From Myxococcota bacterium (GTDB lineage Bacteria > Myxococcota_A > UBA9160 > SMWR01), in contig JAZFWH010000208.1 in the NCBI GenBank assembly GCA_036482635.1, positions 1-56,722 on the forward strand: a stretch of 56,722 bases of DNA, in the 5' to 3' direction. The translations under genes and the position numbers were made by a program. Numbering within the stretch: position 1 is the first letter of the stretch; every line of letters begins with the position of its first letter. Shown piece after piece: positions 1 through 9,669 of the stretch. The notes below the pieces were generated by a model, which had not been told where the DNA came from, made no database searches, and saw only the letters and a list, made by a program, of their open reading frames with translations.

Positions 1-71
1 CGGAGCGTCTGGCGGAGCTGCTCCGCGCGGCGCTGCCGCTGGCCGACACCCGCACCGAGCCCGGTACCTAG
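1..71 (+). CDS. 3' end of an unidentified CDS (partial, runs off window start)
   Basis: In-frame high-GC3 codons ...ERLAELLRAALPLADTRTEPGT ending at TAG 69-71. Too short to assign a family. Confidence 0.3.
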   Translation, partial: ERLAELLRAALPLADTRTEPGT

Positions 72-169
72 AGCCCGGGGACCCTCCTCTCACTCGGCCG
101 TCGCCTTCCGGTACCATGCGCCCCGACTGTGCGTGCGCATCGCGCCCGCGCGGACGCTGGAGGGCGCCC

Positions 170-1894
170 ATGCGCAGGTTGCTCGTCATCCTGGGAATTG
201 TCGTGGCGGCGGTGGTCGGCGCACTCGCCATCGCGGTCTTCAATCTCGACTCCTACATCAACGAGAACCGGGATTGGATCTCGGAGCAGGCGCAGTCGGC
301 GCTGGGCCGCGAGGTGAGCTTCGGCGAGGTCAGCATCTCCCTGGCCGACGGCCTGGCCGTACGCGTCGCGGACCTGCGGGTGGGCGACGACCCCGCCTTC
401 TCGAAGCAGCACTTCGTCACCGCCGACGCCATCGACGTGCAGGTGGCGATCCTGCCCGCGCTGCTCGGGGAGATCGAGGTGGGCCGGGTGGTGCTCCGCT
501 CGCCTTCGATCACGGTGATCCAGACTTCGCGCGGACTCAACACGGACAGCCTGGGCGGCGGCGGGAAAGCGGAGAGTCCGGGCGCCGCGCCGGGCAGCCC
601 TGCTCCCTTCGTCATCGGCGTCGTCGACATCAGCAACGGCACGCTCCGCTTCATCGACCGCACCGTCGATCCGCCTGTCGAGCGCGCGATCGAACGGCTC
701 GACTTCCGCGCCACGGACGTGAGCCTCACCGGTCCGATCGTCTTCGAGATCGACGCCGCCTTGCTCGGCGCGCAGCGACAGAACGTCCACATCGCGGGAG
801 AGGTCGCCGACCTATCGAACCCGCAGGCGAGCTTCGTGCTCACCTCCGACGCCCTCGAGCTGGCGCCCGCCGACGCGGGCGCGCCGCCCGGCGTGATCCG
901 CAACCTCGAGCTCAAGGGGCGCCTGTCGCTGCCCAAGTCGGGTCCGCACGTAAAGGCCACCGTGCGCTCGTCCGGCGGCAGCTTCGCGGGTGCGGAGTAC
1001 CAGAACCTCGCCGTCGACCTGGAGCTGCGCGGCCAGCGCGCGGTGCTCGAGAAGCTGTCGCTCGAGGCCTTCGGTGGCAATCTCGAAGCCTCCGGCACCT
1101 ACGACATGCGCGACCCGAAGCGGCCGCGCTTCGATCTCCACTCGACGCTCGCGGACATGAACCTCCGGGCGGTCGTCGCGAGCCGCTCGTCGAACGCGGC
1201 GCGGCTCGTCGAGGGCACGCTGGGCGGCGTGCTGGACCTGAACGGCGCGGGGTCGGTGTGGGACGAGATCAAGCGAACCCTCACCGGCACGGGCGCGCTC
1301 GAGCTGGCCGACGGCATGCTGAAGGACGTGAACCTGGCCGAGAGCGCGCTGCGGGGCGTGACGGGCGTCGCGGGGCTCTCGGGCCTGTTGCCGCCGACGC
1401 TGCGGGCCAAGTACCCCCAGGTGTTCGGGGTCGGCGACACGGTCTTCGAGACGGCCGTGGCGAAGCTGAGCGTCCGCGACGGCTGGGCCTACCTCCGCGA
1501 CTTCCAGCTGGCCGCGCGGGACTACGCGCTCGGGGGCGACGGCAGGTACTCGCTCGACAACCGGCTCGACCTGGCGACCGTCCTGACGTTCTCCGCGGCC
1601 CTGAGCGAGGACCTGGTGGACGCGGCCAAACCGATGAAGTACCTGCGCGGCGCCGACGGGCGCGTGCAGCTCCCGGTGAAGCTGGTGGGCCCGCTCCCGT
1701 CGGTGCAGCCGGTGCCGGACCTCTCCTACGTTGCGCAGGTCGCGTCGCGCCAGGCCGTGGGAGCGCTGCTCGAGAAGGCGCTGAAGGACTCGTATGTCGA
1801 GCCGGAGTCCGGCGAGCCGAGCGGGCAGCCGACGGCCGAAGACGCCGCGCGGGATCTGATCGAGAAGGGACTCGGCGACCTGTTCGGCCGCTGA
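170..1894 (+). CDS. AsmA-family outer-membrane assembly/lipid-transport-like protein
   Basis: Track ORF 116..1894. ATG at 170 gives MRRLLVILGIVVAAVVGALAIAVF (N-terminal TM anchor) followed by DSYINENRDWISEQAQSALGREVSFGEVSISL, the typical AsmA N-terminal pattern. Confidence 0.7.
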   Translation: MRRLLVILGIVVAAVVGALAIAVFNLDSYINENRDWISEQAQSALGREVSFGEVSISLADGLAVRVADLRVGDDPAFSKQHFVTADAIDVQVAILPALLGEIEVGRVVLRSPSITVIQTSRGLNTDSLGGGGKAESPGAAPGSPAPFVIGVVDISNGTLRFIDRTVDPPVERAIERLDFRATDVSLTGPIVFEIDAALLGAQRQNVHIAGEVADLSNPQASFVLTSDALELAPADAGAPPGVIRNLELKGRLSLPKSGPHVKATVRSSGGSFAGAEYQNLAVDLELRGQRAVLEKLSLEAFGGNLEASGTYDMRDPKRPRFDLHSTLADMNLRAVVASRSSNAARLVEGTLGGVLDLNGAGSVWDEIKRTLTGTGALELADGMLKDVNLAESALRGVTGVAGLSGLLPPTLRAKYPQVFGVGDTVFETAVAKLSVRDGWAYLRDFQLAARDYALGGDGRYSLDNRLDLATVLTFSAALSEDLVDAAKPMKYLRGADGRVQLPVKLVGPLPSVQPVPDLSYVAQVASRQAVGALLEKALKDSYVEPESGEPSGQPTAEDAARDLIEKGLGDLFGR

Positions 1895-1920
1895 CGGCGC
1901 CGGGCGAGGGGGATTTCGAG

Positions 1921-2661
1921 ATGGGTGAAACGCGAGTCGGCGTGATCGGAGCGGGCGTGATGGGAAGCGGCATCGCCCAGACGCTCGCCACCGGCGGGTT
2001 CCCGACCGTCTGTTGCGACCTGGCGAAGGACGCCCTGGAGAAGGCGCAACGGGACGTCGTCTCGGGCCGTTACGGTCTCGAACGCGGCGTCGAGCGCGGC
2101 AAGCTCACCCGCGAGCAGGCCGACGCGGCCCTGGCCCGGCTCTCGTTCACCGACTCGTTCGAGGAGGCCGCGGCGGCGGACCTCGTCGTCGAGTGCGTGC
2201 CCGAGCGACTGGACCTCAAGCTGAAGCTATTTCGCGACCTGGACCGGGCGGCCGCGCCGGGCGCCGTGCTGGCATCCAACACCTCGGGGTTTCCGATCGC
2301 CGCGCTGGCCGCCGCCACCGAGCGTCCCGAGCGCGTGATCGGCTGGCATTGGGCCTCGCCGCCGCCGGTGATGCGCTTCGCCGAGCTCGTCGTCACGCCG
2401 GCCACTGGCGAACAGGCCGTCGCCCTGGTCCGCGACACGGCGCGCGCCTGCGGCAAGAACCCCATCGTGGTGAAGGACGCTCCGATGGCCTGGGGCTTCG
2501 TGGCCAACCGCGTCTACTTCGCCATGATCCGCGAGGCCCAGCGCGTGGTGGACGAGGGCGTGGCGGGCCCCGAAGACGTGAACCAGCTGATGGTCGACTG
2601 CTTCAACTGGCCCGTCGGGCCCTTCGCCATGGTCAAGGGGGCGACTAGCGGCTGGAAGTGA
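1921..2661 (+). CDS. 3-hydroxyacyl-CoA (3-hydroxybutyryl-CoA) dehydrogenase, C-terminally short
   Basis: Last 246 aa of track ORF 133..2661. ATG at 1921. Rossmann motif VGVIGAGVMGSGIAQ and the NTSGFPI / WASPPPVMRFAELV motifs of the 3HCDH family. Confidence 0.8.
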   Translation: MGETRVGVIGAGVMGSGIAQTLATGGFPTVCCDLAKDALEKAQRDVVSGRYGLERGVERGKLTREQADAALARLSFTDSFEEAAAADLVVECVPERLDLKLKLFRDLDRAAAPGAVLASNTSGFPIAALAAATERPERVIGWHWASPPPVMRFAELVVTPATGEQAVALVRDTARACGKNPIVVKDAPMAWGFVANRVYFAMIREAQRVVDEGVAGPEDVNQLMVDCFNWPVGPFAMVKGATSGWK

Positions 2662-4135
2662 GGCCGCCGGGTTCGCGCTCCGCGTCGTCGCCGGCGGCCA
2701 GACGGTTGCGCAGGAGCTTGCCCGTCGCGCTGCGCGGTAGCGCAGCGACGCGCTCGAAGCGCACGGGCACCTTGTAACCCGCCAGCCGCTCGCGGCAGAA
2801 GCGGGCGAGCTCGTCGGCGCCCAGCGCGCAATCGGGGCGCAGCACCAGCCACGCGGCCGGGCGTTGCCCGAAGCGCTCGTCGACGACGCCCGCCACGGCA
2901 GCCTCGAGCACGTCGGGGTGTTCGAGCAGCGCCGCCTCGATCTCCGCCGGGTAGACGTTCTCGCCGCCCGACGCGATCAGGTCGGAGCGTCGCTCGATCA
3001 CGAACAGACGCCCGCGCGCATCCAGCCGGCCGATGTCTCCGGTGTGGAGCCAGCCAGCGCGCAGCACCCGCGCCGTCTCCTGCGGGCGGTTGGCGTAGCC
3101 GCGCATCACCGCGGCACTGCGCACGAGGATCTCGCCCTCCTCACCCGGGCCCGCCGTCCGTCCGCCGGCCAGAATGCGCAGCCGCGTGCCGGGCAGCGGC
3201 TCGAGCCCCGCGCGCGCCGGGTCGGGATCGCTGCCCGGGCGGAGCGTCGCCACCTGGGACGACGCCTCGGTCAGGCCGTAGCTGGGCGCGATGGGAAAGC
3301 CGAGCGCGGCGGCGCGCTCGAGCAGCGGCCGGGGTACGGGCCCGCCGCCCACCAGGACGCAACGCAGTGTCGGCGGCGCCGGACGTCCGCGGCGCGCGTC
3401 GAGCAGTTCCGAGAGCATCGCGGGCACGAGCGACACGCAGGTCACGGCCTCGCCGTCCAGCGCCCGATTCACCGCTTCCGGATCGAAGCGCTCGTGCACG
3501 AGGGCCGGGATTCCGTGCAGCGCGCAGCGCAGCAGAATCACCAGCCCTCCCACGTGGAAGAGCGGCAGGCAGGCGAGCCAGCGGTCGTCGGGCCGAACTC
3601 CCAGGTGCCGCGAGCTGGCCTCGACGCTGGCGCGCAGGTTGCGATGGGTGAGCAGCGCCCCCTTGGGCCGCCCCGTCGTCCCGGACGTGTAGAGCAGCGC
3701 GAACGGCGCATCGAGACCCGCGCGCGGCTTGAATCGGACTGGCGAGCCCGCCGCGGCGTCGGGCAGGCGCAGCGCCGTGACACCGCCCGCCGCGCGGGCC
3801 GCGGCCTCGGCCCGCGCACCGAGGGTCCCGCCGTCGTGGAGCAGGAGCCCGGCCCGCGCGTCGCGCAGCTGGAAGGCGAGCTCGGCCGTCGTGAGCCTCA
3901 GGTTCAGCGGGAGCAGTACGGCGCCAGCTCGATCGATGGCGTGGACGAGTGCGGCGAAGCCGAGCCCGTTGGGAAGGAACGCGGCGGCGACCTCCCCCTC
4001 GCCCAGCCCCCGTGCCGCGAGCCACCCGGCGAGCGCGTCGGCGCGCGCGGCCAGCTCCTGGCGCGATGCGCTCCGCCCCGCCGCGCAGAGCGCGGGCGCG
4101 GCGTCCGGCGTGAGCCAAGGGCGCGGAGCGCTCAC
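2645..4135 (-). CDS. menE: o-succinylbenzoate--CoA ligase
   Basis: C-terminal ~497 aa of track ORF 2645..4558. AMP-binding motifs LLYTSGTTGRPKGA, YGLTE, GWLHTGDIG, SATGKLLR. GTG start at 4135 overlaps the menC TGA (GTGA). Last gene of the men operon. Confidence 0.85.
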   Translation of the reverse strand: MSAPRPWLTPDAAPALCAAGRSASRQELAARADALAGWLAARGLGEGEVAAAFLPNGLGFAALVHAIDRAGAVLLPLNLRLTTAELAFQLRDARAGLLLHDGGTLGARAEAAARAAGGVTALRLPDAAAGSPVRFKPRAGLDAPFALLYTSGTTGRPKGALLTHRNLRASVEASSRHLGVRPDDRWLACLPLFHVGGLVILLRCALHGIPALVHERFDPEAVNRALDGEAVTCVSLVPAMLSELLDARRGRPAPPTLRCVLVGGGPVPRPLLERAAALGFPIAPSYGLTEASSQVATLRPGSDPDPARAGLEPLPGTRLRILAGGRTAGPGEEGEILVRSAAVMRGYANRPQETARVLRAGWLHTGDIGRLDARGRLFVIERRSDLIASGGENVYPAEIEAALLEHPDVLEAAVAGVVDERFGQRPAAWLVLRPDCALGADELARFCRERLAGYKVPVRFERVAALPRSATGKLLRNRLAAGDDAEREPGGLTSSR

Positions 4136-5262
4136 CCGCGAAGCTCCCGCGTCGGCGTCGTCGCGCAGCGCCGCAGCGCAGCGGGCTCGGGCGCGACGCC
4201 CAGCCCCGGGGCGTCCGGCACCGCCAGCGCGCCCGCCTCGACGCGTGCGCCGGGCGCGAGGTCGTCGCGCAGCAGCTCGCCCGTCGCGAGCCCCGCGTCG
4301 GGGAGCGGACCGGGCAGCGCAGCGGCGAAGTGGAGAGCCGCGGCGCGTCCCAGCGCCGAGTCGAGAAAGGAGGTCACCACCACCGGCACGGCGGCGCTGC
4401 GAGCGCGCGAAGCGATGCGCCAGGCGGCGCGCAGTCCACCCACGGCGGCCGGCTTGACCACGAGGCGGTGCGCGGCGCGCCGTTTCAGCAGCTCGACTGC
4501 CGTCGCCTCGTCGCGCACGGCTTCGTCGGCCGCGATCGGGAAGGGCGAGGTCGCGCACAGCCGGGCGAGCCCGTCGCGCTCGTCCGCGCCCACGGGCTGC
4601 TCGAGGAACTCGACACCGAACGGGGCCAGGGCGCGCAGCCGAAGCGCCGCGTCGGCCTCCTTCCAGGCGCCGTTCGCGTCGAGCCGCAGCGCCACGCCGG
4701 GACCCACCGCCCGCCGCACCGCTTCCACCCGCGCCAGATCGAACTCGAAGTCGTGCGCGGCGAGCTTGAGCTTCAGGGTGCGAAAGCCGCGAGCCACGGC
4801 GCGGCGCGCTTGGTCCGCGGCGGCCGCCGGATCGATCGCGCCGACCAGGGCGTTCACGCGCACGCTGGCGCTCGGCGATCGCCCCTCGCGCCGCGCCAGC
4901 CAGCGAGCCACGCTGACGCCCTCGGCGCGCGCCACCAGATCGTGCAGGGCGGCGTCGGCCGCCGCCCGCGCCGCGGGTGCCGCCGGGGCCAGGCGCTCGA
5001 GCCCGTCGAGCCAGCTGTCGGCGTCCAGCTCATCTCGGGCCAGCAGGTCGCGAGCCAGACCTTCGAGCGCATCCCACGTCCGTGCCACGGGCTCGAGCCC
5101 GAAGCCGGGCAGCGGCAGCGCTTCGCCCCAGCCGACCGCGCCACCCCGTGCCTCGAGCTCGAGGAGCACGCCCTCGCGCTCCCGAAGCCGGCCGTGGCCC
5201 GTCTCCAGGGGCGACGCCAGGCGCAGGCGGAATCGGGTCAGGCGCGCCGCGACGAGCCTCAC
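4132..5262 (-). CDS. menC: o-succinylbenzoate synthase (enolase superfamily)
   Basis: Track ORF 4132..5451. GTG at 5262 overlaps the menA TGA. Enolase-superfamily pattern KLKL..., RLDANGAW, FLEQP, PIAADE. Sits in the men operon. Confidence 0.8.
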   Translation of the reverse strand: MRLVAARLTRFRLRLASPLETGHGRLREREGVLLELEARGGAVGWGEALPLPGFGLEPVARTWDALEGLARDLLARDELDADSWLDGLERLAPAAPAARAAADAALHDLVARAEGVSVARWLARREGRSPSASVRVNALVGAIDPAAAADQARRAVARGFRTLKLKLAAHDFEFDLARVEAVRRAVGPGVALRLDANGAWKEADAALRLRALAPFGVEFLEQPVGADERDGLARLCATSPFPIAADEAVRDEATAVELLKRRAAHRLVVKPAAVGGLRAAWRIASRARSAAVPVVVTSFLDSALGRAAALHFAAALPGPLPDAGLATGELLRDDLAPGARVEAGALAVPDAPGLGVAPEPAALRRCATTPTRELRG

Positions 5263-6164
5263 AGCAGCCAGCCCACCGCGAAGAGCGCGGCGAAGGCCAG
5301 CTCGAGCCGCGCCGTGGCGGCGAGCACTTCGTTCAGGGCGGCGCCGCGTTCGCGCACCACCCGGCGCGCGAGGCCCACCGCGAAGGGAAGCGTGGCCAGC
5401 GGCAGCAGCACCGTCAGCGGCGCCGCGCCCGAGCTCCAGAGCAGGACACACGTCGCGTAGGCCGCGATCAGCAGCGCCGCGTACTGGGCGCGGGCGGCTC
5501 CCCGGCCCCAGCGCACGGCCAGGGTGCGCTTGCCCGCGCGCGCGTCGCTGTCCAGGTCCCGGAGGTTGTTGACGACCAGGATCGCCGTCGCCAGCGCGCC
5601 GATCGCGATCGAGGCGACCGGCACGCGCGGGGGCAGGGAGAGCGCCTGCACCCAGTAGGTGCCACAGACGGCGACCACGCCGAAGAAGACGAATACGGCC
5701 AGGTCACCCAGACCGTGGTAGCCGAGCGGGTACGGTCCGCCCGTGTACGCGAAGCCCGCCGCGATCGAGAGCACTCCGACCAGGGCGATCGGCCAGCCCC
5801 CGATCGCCACCAGGTAGAGGCCGACCGCCGCCGCGCCGGCGAAGGCCGTCGCCGCCCCGCGGCGCACGGCAGCGGGTGCGAGCCAGCCGAGCTGGGTCGC
5901 CCGCGGCGGACCCAGACGCCCTTCGGTGTCGGCTCCCCTCTCGAAATCGAAGACGTCGTTGGCCAGGTTCGCGCCGATCTGCAGCAGCAGCGCAGCGGCC
6001 AGCGCGGCCGCCGCCGGAAGCGCGGCGGCGTGGCCGTCCGCGGCGGCCAGCGCGGTCCCCAGCGCGACCGGGGCCAGCGCCGCGGGCAGCGTGCGCGGGC
6101 GCGAAGCCAGCCACCAGGCTCGCCAGCCGGCCGGCGCCGGGTGCGCGGCGTCTAGGGCCGCCAC
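5259..6164 (-). CDS. menA: 1,4-dihydroxy-2-naphthoate polyprenyltransferase
   Basis: C-terminal 301 aa of track ORF 5259..7496. UbiA-family polytopic membrane protein with SRPRTLPAA near the N-terminus and the [11 protein letters not shown] and [19 protein letters not shown] motifs. In-frame GTG at 6164. Confidence 0.85.
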   Translation of the reverse strand: MAALDAAHPAPAGWRAWWLASRPRTLPAALAPVALGTALAAADGHAAALPAAAALAAALLLQIGANLANDVFDFERGADTEGRLGPPRATQLGWLAPAAVRRGAATAFAGAAAVGLYLVAIGGWPIALVGVLSIAAGFAYTGGPYPLGYHGLGDLAVFVFFGVVAVCGTYWVQALSLPPRVPVASIAIGALATAILVVNNLRDLDSDARAGKRTLAVRWGRGAARAQYAALLIAAYATCVLLWSSGAAPLTVLLPLATLPFAVGLARRVVRERGAALNEVLAATARLELAFAALFAVGWLL

Positions 6165-6976
6165 GGAAACCGCGAGAAGTCGGGCTCGCGCTTGCCGAGG
6201 AAGGCGTCGCGGCCCTCCTGGGCCTCCTCGGTCATGTAGAAGAGCATGGTGGCGCTGCCGGCGAGCTCCTGGATACCGGCCTGCCCGTCGCAATCCGCGT
6301 TGAAGGCGGCCTTGAGACAACGGATGGCGATCGGGCTGTGGCGCAGGATCTCGCGCGCCCAGCCCACGCCGGTCGCCTCGAGCTCGTCGAGCGCGACGAC
6401 CTCGTTGACGAGGCCCATCTCCAGCGCCTGCCGGGCGTCGTACTGCCGGCACAAGTACCAGATCTCGCGCGCCTTCTTCTGGCCGACCACGCGCGCCAGG
6501 TAGGAGGCGCCGAAGCCCGCGTCGAAGCTGCCCACGCGCGGGCCCGTCTGCCCGAAGCGGGCGTTGTCGGCCGCGATGGTGAGATCGCACAGCAGGTGCA
6601 ACACCTGCCCCCCGCCGACGGCGTAGCCGGCGACGAGCGCGATCACCGGCTTGGGAAGCGTGCGGATCACGCGCTGCAGGTCGAGGGCGTTCAGGCGCGG
6701 CACGCCCTCCTCGTCCACGTAGCCGGCGTTGCCGCGGACCTTCTGGTCGCCCCCAGAGCAGAAGGCCTCCGTCCCCTGGCCGGTGAACAGCACGACGCCC
6801 ACGGTCGGGTCGTCGCGCAGGCGCGAGAAGGCGTCGATCAGCTCGAAGAGCGTGCGCGGCCGAAAGGCGTTGCGCACCTCCGGCCGCGCGATCGTCAGCT
6901 TCGCGATGCCATCCTCGCTCTGCTCGAAGCGGATGTCCTGGTACGTCTTGACGGTCTTCCAGTCGACGGAGTTCAT
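6152..6976 (-). CDS. menB: 1,4-dihydroxy-2-naphthoyl-CoA synthase
   Basis: [40 protein letters not shown]...[11 protein letters not shown]...[11 protein letters not shown]. Crotonase fold with a typical MenB sequence, 274 aa. ATG at 6976 overlaps the menH TGA. Confidence 0.95.
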   Translation of the reverse strand: MNSVDWKTVKTYQDIRFEQSEDGIAKLTIARPEVRNAFRPRTLFELIDAFSRLRDDPTVGVVLFTGQGTEAFCSGGDQKVRGNAGYVDEEGVPRLNALDLQRVIRTLPKPVIALVAGYAVGGGQVLHLLCDLTIAADNARFGQTGPRVGSFDAGFGASYLARVVGQKKAREIWYLCRQYDARQALEMGLVNEVVALDELEATGVGWAREILRHSPIAIRCLKAAFNADCDGQAGIQELAGSATMLFYMTEEAQEGRDAFLGKREPDFSRFPWRP

Positions 6977-7866
6977 GGTGTTCCTTCCGGTTGAACGGTC
7001 GACGCCGAGGCGACCCGGGCCGGCGTGCGCCGGCTGGCCTCCACATCGGCGAGAAAGCGCCGCGCGATGCCGAGAAAGGTGGCCGGGGCCTCCAGGTGGC
7101 AAGCGTGGCCGGCGCCCGGCACGAGCCGCACGCGGGCGTTCGGCAGGCGGCGCGCCAGGTCCGAGGCGATCGCGACGAACTTCGCGTCCTGCGAGCCGGC
7201 CACCAGCCGCAGCGGCGTTCGGATCCGCTCCAGCAGCGGATGCAGCGCTGGCTGCGCCCCCGCGCCCATCCCGCGCAGGCTGTTCGCCAGGCCCCGCGGA
7301 CGGTTCGCCAGCCGCTGTGCCCGGGCGCGCGCGAGGGCCGCCTGCCCCAGCCGCCGCTGCCCGGCGAAGAGCGGCCGGCCCATCCACTCGTCGACGAAAC
7401 GCTCGAGTCCCTCGCTCTCGATGCGCGCCGCCAGCGCCTCGTCTGCGCGCCGGCGCGCGGCGCGTCGGTCGGGATGCTCGAGTCCGGCGCTGGCACCGAC
7501 CAGCAGCGCCGAGCGCACGCGTTCCGGGCGCCACGCGCACAGCGCCAACGCCACGCGACCGCCCATCGAGTAACCGATCACGTGGGCCGTTCGGACGCCG
7601 AGCGCGTCGAGCGCGGACGCGACCTGCTCGACGCAGCTCTCCATCGTGTAGGCCGCGACGCTGTCCGGGGCGTCGCTACCCCCGTGCCCCACGAGATCCA
7701 GCCGCAGCGTGCGGTAGGCGTCGCTCAGACCGGTCGCGATGCCCTCCATGCTGTCGGCGCAGCCCGTGAAGCCGTGCAGCACGAGCAGCGGCGGTCCCGC
7801 CCCCGAAAGCGTGGCGCGCAGGCGCAGCCCGGCCGCTTCGACCCCGACGCTCTCGGCGCGGCTCAC
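6973..7866 (-). CDS. menH: 2-succinyl-6-hydroxy-2,4-cyclohexadiene-1-carboxylate synthase (alpha/beta hydrolase)
   Basis: C-terminal 297 aa of track ORF 6973..9576. Carries LLVLHGFTG and the nucleophile elbow GYSMGG. GTG at 7866 overlaps the menD TGA. Positioned between menD and menB. Confidence 0.8.
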   Translation of the reverse strand: MSRAESVGVEAAGLRLRATLSGAGPPLLVLHGFTGCADSMEGIATGLSDAYRTLRLDLVGHGGSDAPDSVAAYTMESCVEQVASALDALGVRTAHVIGYSMGGRVALALCAWRPERVRSALLVGASAGLEHPDRRAARRRADEALAARIESEGLERFVDEWMGRPLFAGQRRLGQAALARARAQRLANRPRGLANSLRGMGAGAQPALHPLLERIRTPLRLVAGSQDAKFVAIASDLARRLPNARVRLVPGAGHACHLEAPATFLGIARRFLADVEASRRTPARVASASTVQPEGTP

Positions 7867-9668
7867 CGCGTCCCCCCCCGGCCAGCGCCGAGGGCGCGAG
7901 CCACCGCGGCGTCGATCGCGCGGTGCTGCGCGACGTCGGCCTCCGGGTCGATCGCCAGCGAGATCACGGAGACGCCGCGCGCGGCGAACGAGTCCTTCAG
8001 GGCCGTGCGGAAGTGCTCCCAGGACGAGGCGCGCGTGAAGCGCGCGGAGTAGGCCCGCGCTACGGCGCCGAGATCGAGACCGTGGGGCGTCCGAAAGTGC
8101 TCTTCGAAGCCGACCCGCTCCCCGTACGCAGCGACCGGGAGGTAGGAGAAGATCCCGCCGCCGTCGTTGTCGAGCACGACGACGGTCGCCCGGATGCCGT
8201 AGCGGTGGGCGGCGAGCAGCCCGCCCGCGTCGTGGAGAAAGGCGAGGTCCCCGGTCAACAGCAGCGTGGGGCCAGTAGCGGCCGCGGCCGCGCCCAGCGC
8301 GCTGGACAGCATTCCATCGATGCCGTTCGCGCCGCGGTTGCAGAGCACGCGCAGCGGCTTGGCGCTGGGGCGCAGGAACGCGTCGAGATCGCGCACCGGC
8401 ATGCTGTTCGAGACGTAGAGCAGGGCCCGTTCGGGCAGCGCGTCGCCGAGCTCGCGCACGGCCCGGGCGCTGAGCAGCCGCTCGTCCTGTGCCAGCGTCT
8501 CGTCGATCGCGGCCTGGGCGCGGCGGTCGGCGTCGGTGAAGGTGTCGAGCCACTCGTCGTGGCGGCGCGAGCTCGTGCCGAGCCGGCGCACGAGTGCGGT
8601 GCACAGCGCCTGCGGGTCCACGCGCAGCGTCGCCGACGCCAGATGGCTGGGGTCGTGCCAGACGCCGTCGGGATCCACCAGCACCACGTCTGCCGGGCGC
8701 TGGCGCTCGAGCCACAGGCGGAACGCCTTGCTCGTCGGGTTGTCGCCGAAACGCAGCACACAGTCGGGGGCGAAGCGCGCCGCGGTCGGCTCGTCGCGCA
8801 GCAGGAGGTCGGCGCTCGCGATCAGCGGGGCCTGGCCCACGTGCGCGCCACGCCGCAGCTGGGAGGTGGGCTCGGCCAGCAGCGGCCAGCCGAGCGCGCC
8901 GGCGAGCTGGGCGACCGCGGCGGCCGTGTCGGGCGTGGCGTCGAGCGGACCGCAGGCGACCACGCCCCGCTCGCGCGTGCGCAGCAGCTGGGCCAGCGAG
9001 GCCGTCAGCTCCGGTGTGGGAGCGGCCGGGCCCGCGACCGCCCGGAGGTAGGGGCGGCCGGGGCGGCCATCGACCGCCAGCGGCGGGAGGTCTTCGGGCA
9101 CGTCCCCGGCCACTGCGACCGGCTCGAGCGGCTCGCGGAAGGGGAGGTTCAGGTGCACGGGGCCCGGCGGCTCTCCGCTCGCCTGCGCTGCCGCGCGGCA
9201 GGCCAGCGCCCGCGCGTAGCGCAACGCGGCCTCGCCCCGTTCCGGGACGGCGACCTCGACGAACCAACGCACGGCCGTCCCGTACAGGCGCAGCTGGTCG
9301 ATCGTCTGTCCTGCGCCCCATTCGCGCAGCTCCGGCGGCCGGTCCGCAGTGAGCACCAGCAGCGGCACCCGCGCGTGGTGTGCCTCGATCACCGCCGGGT
9401 GGAAGTTGGCGGCCGCGGTGCCCGACGTGCAGACCAGGACCACCGGCCGGCGGCTGGCCCGGGCCAGGCCCAGGCCGAAGAAGCCGGCGGAGCGCTCGTC
9501 CAGGTGGGACCAACAGCGCAGCTCTGGGCGCGCGACAGCGGCGGCGACGAGCGGCGTATTGCGCGAACCCGGGCACAGGCAGACGTGTTCGACGCCGCAG
9601 CGGGCGAGCTCTTCGAACAGCGCGCCGGTGAAGGCGTGGGCGCGGTTGGCAGTCCCGACCACCGTCAC
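7863..9668 (-). CDS. menD: 2-succinyl-5-enolpyruvyl-6-hydroxy-3-cyclohexene-1-carboxylate synthase (ThDP-dependent)
   Basis: Track ORF 7863..9758. N-terminus ANRAHAFTGALFEELARCGVEHVCLCPGSRNTPL and motif GTAAANFHPAVIEA. GTG at 9668 (or 9662) lies just after the menF stop. Confidence 0.9.
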   Translation of the reverse strand: MTVVGTANRAHAFTGALFEELARCGVEHVCLCPGSRNTPLVAAAVARPELRCWSHLDERSAGFFGLGLARASRRPVVLVCTSGTAAANFHPAVIEAHHARVPLLVLTADRPPELREWGAGQTIDQLRLYGTAVRWFVEVAVPERGEAALRYARALACRAAAQASGEPPGPVHLNLPFREPLEPVAVAGDVPEDLPPLAVDGRPGRPYLRAVAGPAAPTPELTASLAQLLRTRERGVVACGPLDATPDTAAAVAQLAGALGWPLLAEPTSQLRRGAHVGQAPLIASADLLLRDEPTAARFAPDCVLRFGDNPTSKAFRLWLERQRPADVVLVDPDGVWHDPSHLASATLRVDPQALCTALVRRLGTSSRRHDEWLDTFTDADRRAQAAIDETLAQDERLLSARAVRELGDALPERALLYVSNSMPVRDLDAFLRPSAKPLRVLCNRGANGIDGMLSSALGAAAAATGPTLLLTGDLAFLHDAGGLLAAHRYGIRATVVVLDNDGGGIFSYLPVAAYGERVGFEEHFRTPHGLDLGAVARAYSARFTRASSWEHFRTALKDSFAARGVSVISLAIDPEADVAQHRAIDAAVARALGAGRGGTR

Positions 9669-9669
9669 T

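Noticed and set aside
133-2661. Longest-ORF starts in the track that extend hundreds of codons upstream. Examples: 133..2661, 2645..4558, 5259..7496, 6973..9576, 25167..29690, 28364..30964, 35306..37342.
   Set aside because: The N-terminal extensions overlap the preceding, well-supported gene in another frame and are Arg/Pro-rich junk. In-frame GTG/ATG starts that overlap the upstream stop codon give proteins of canonical length.
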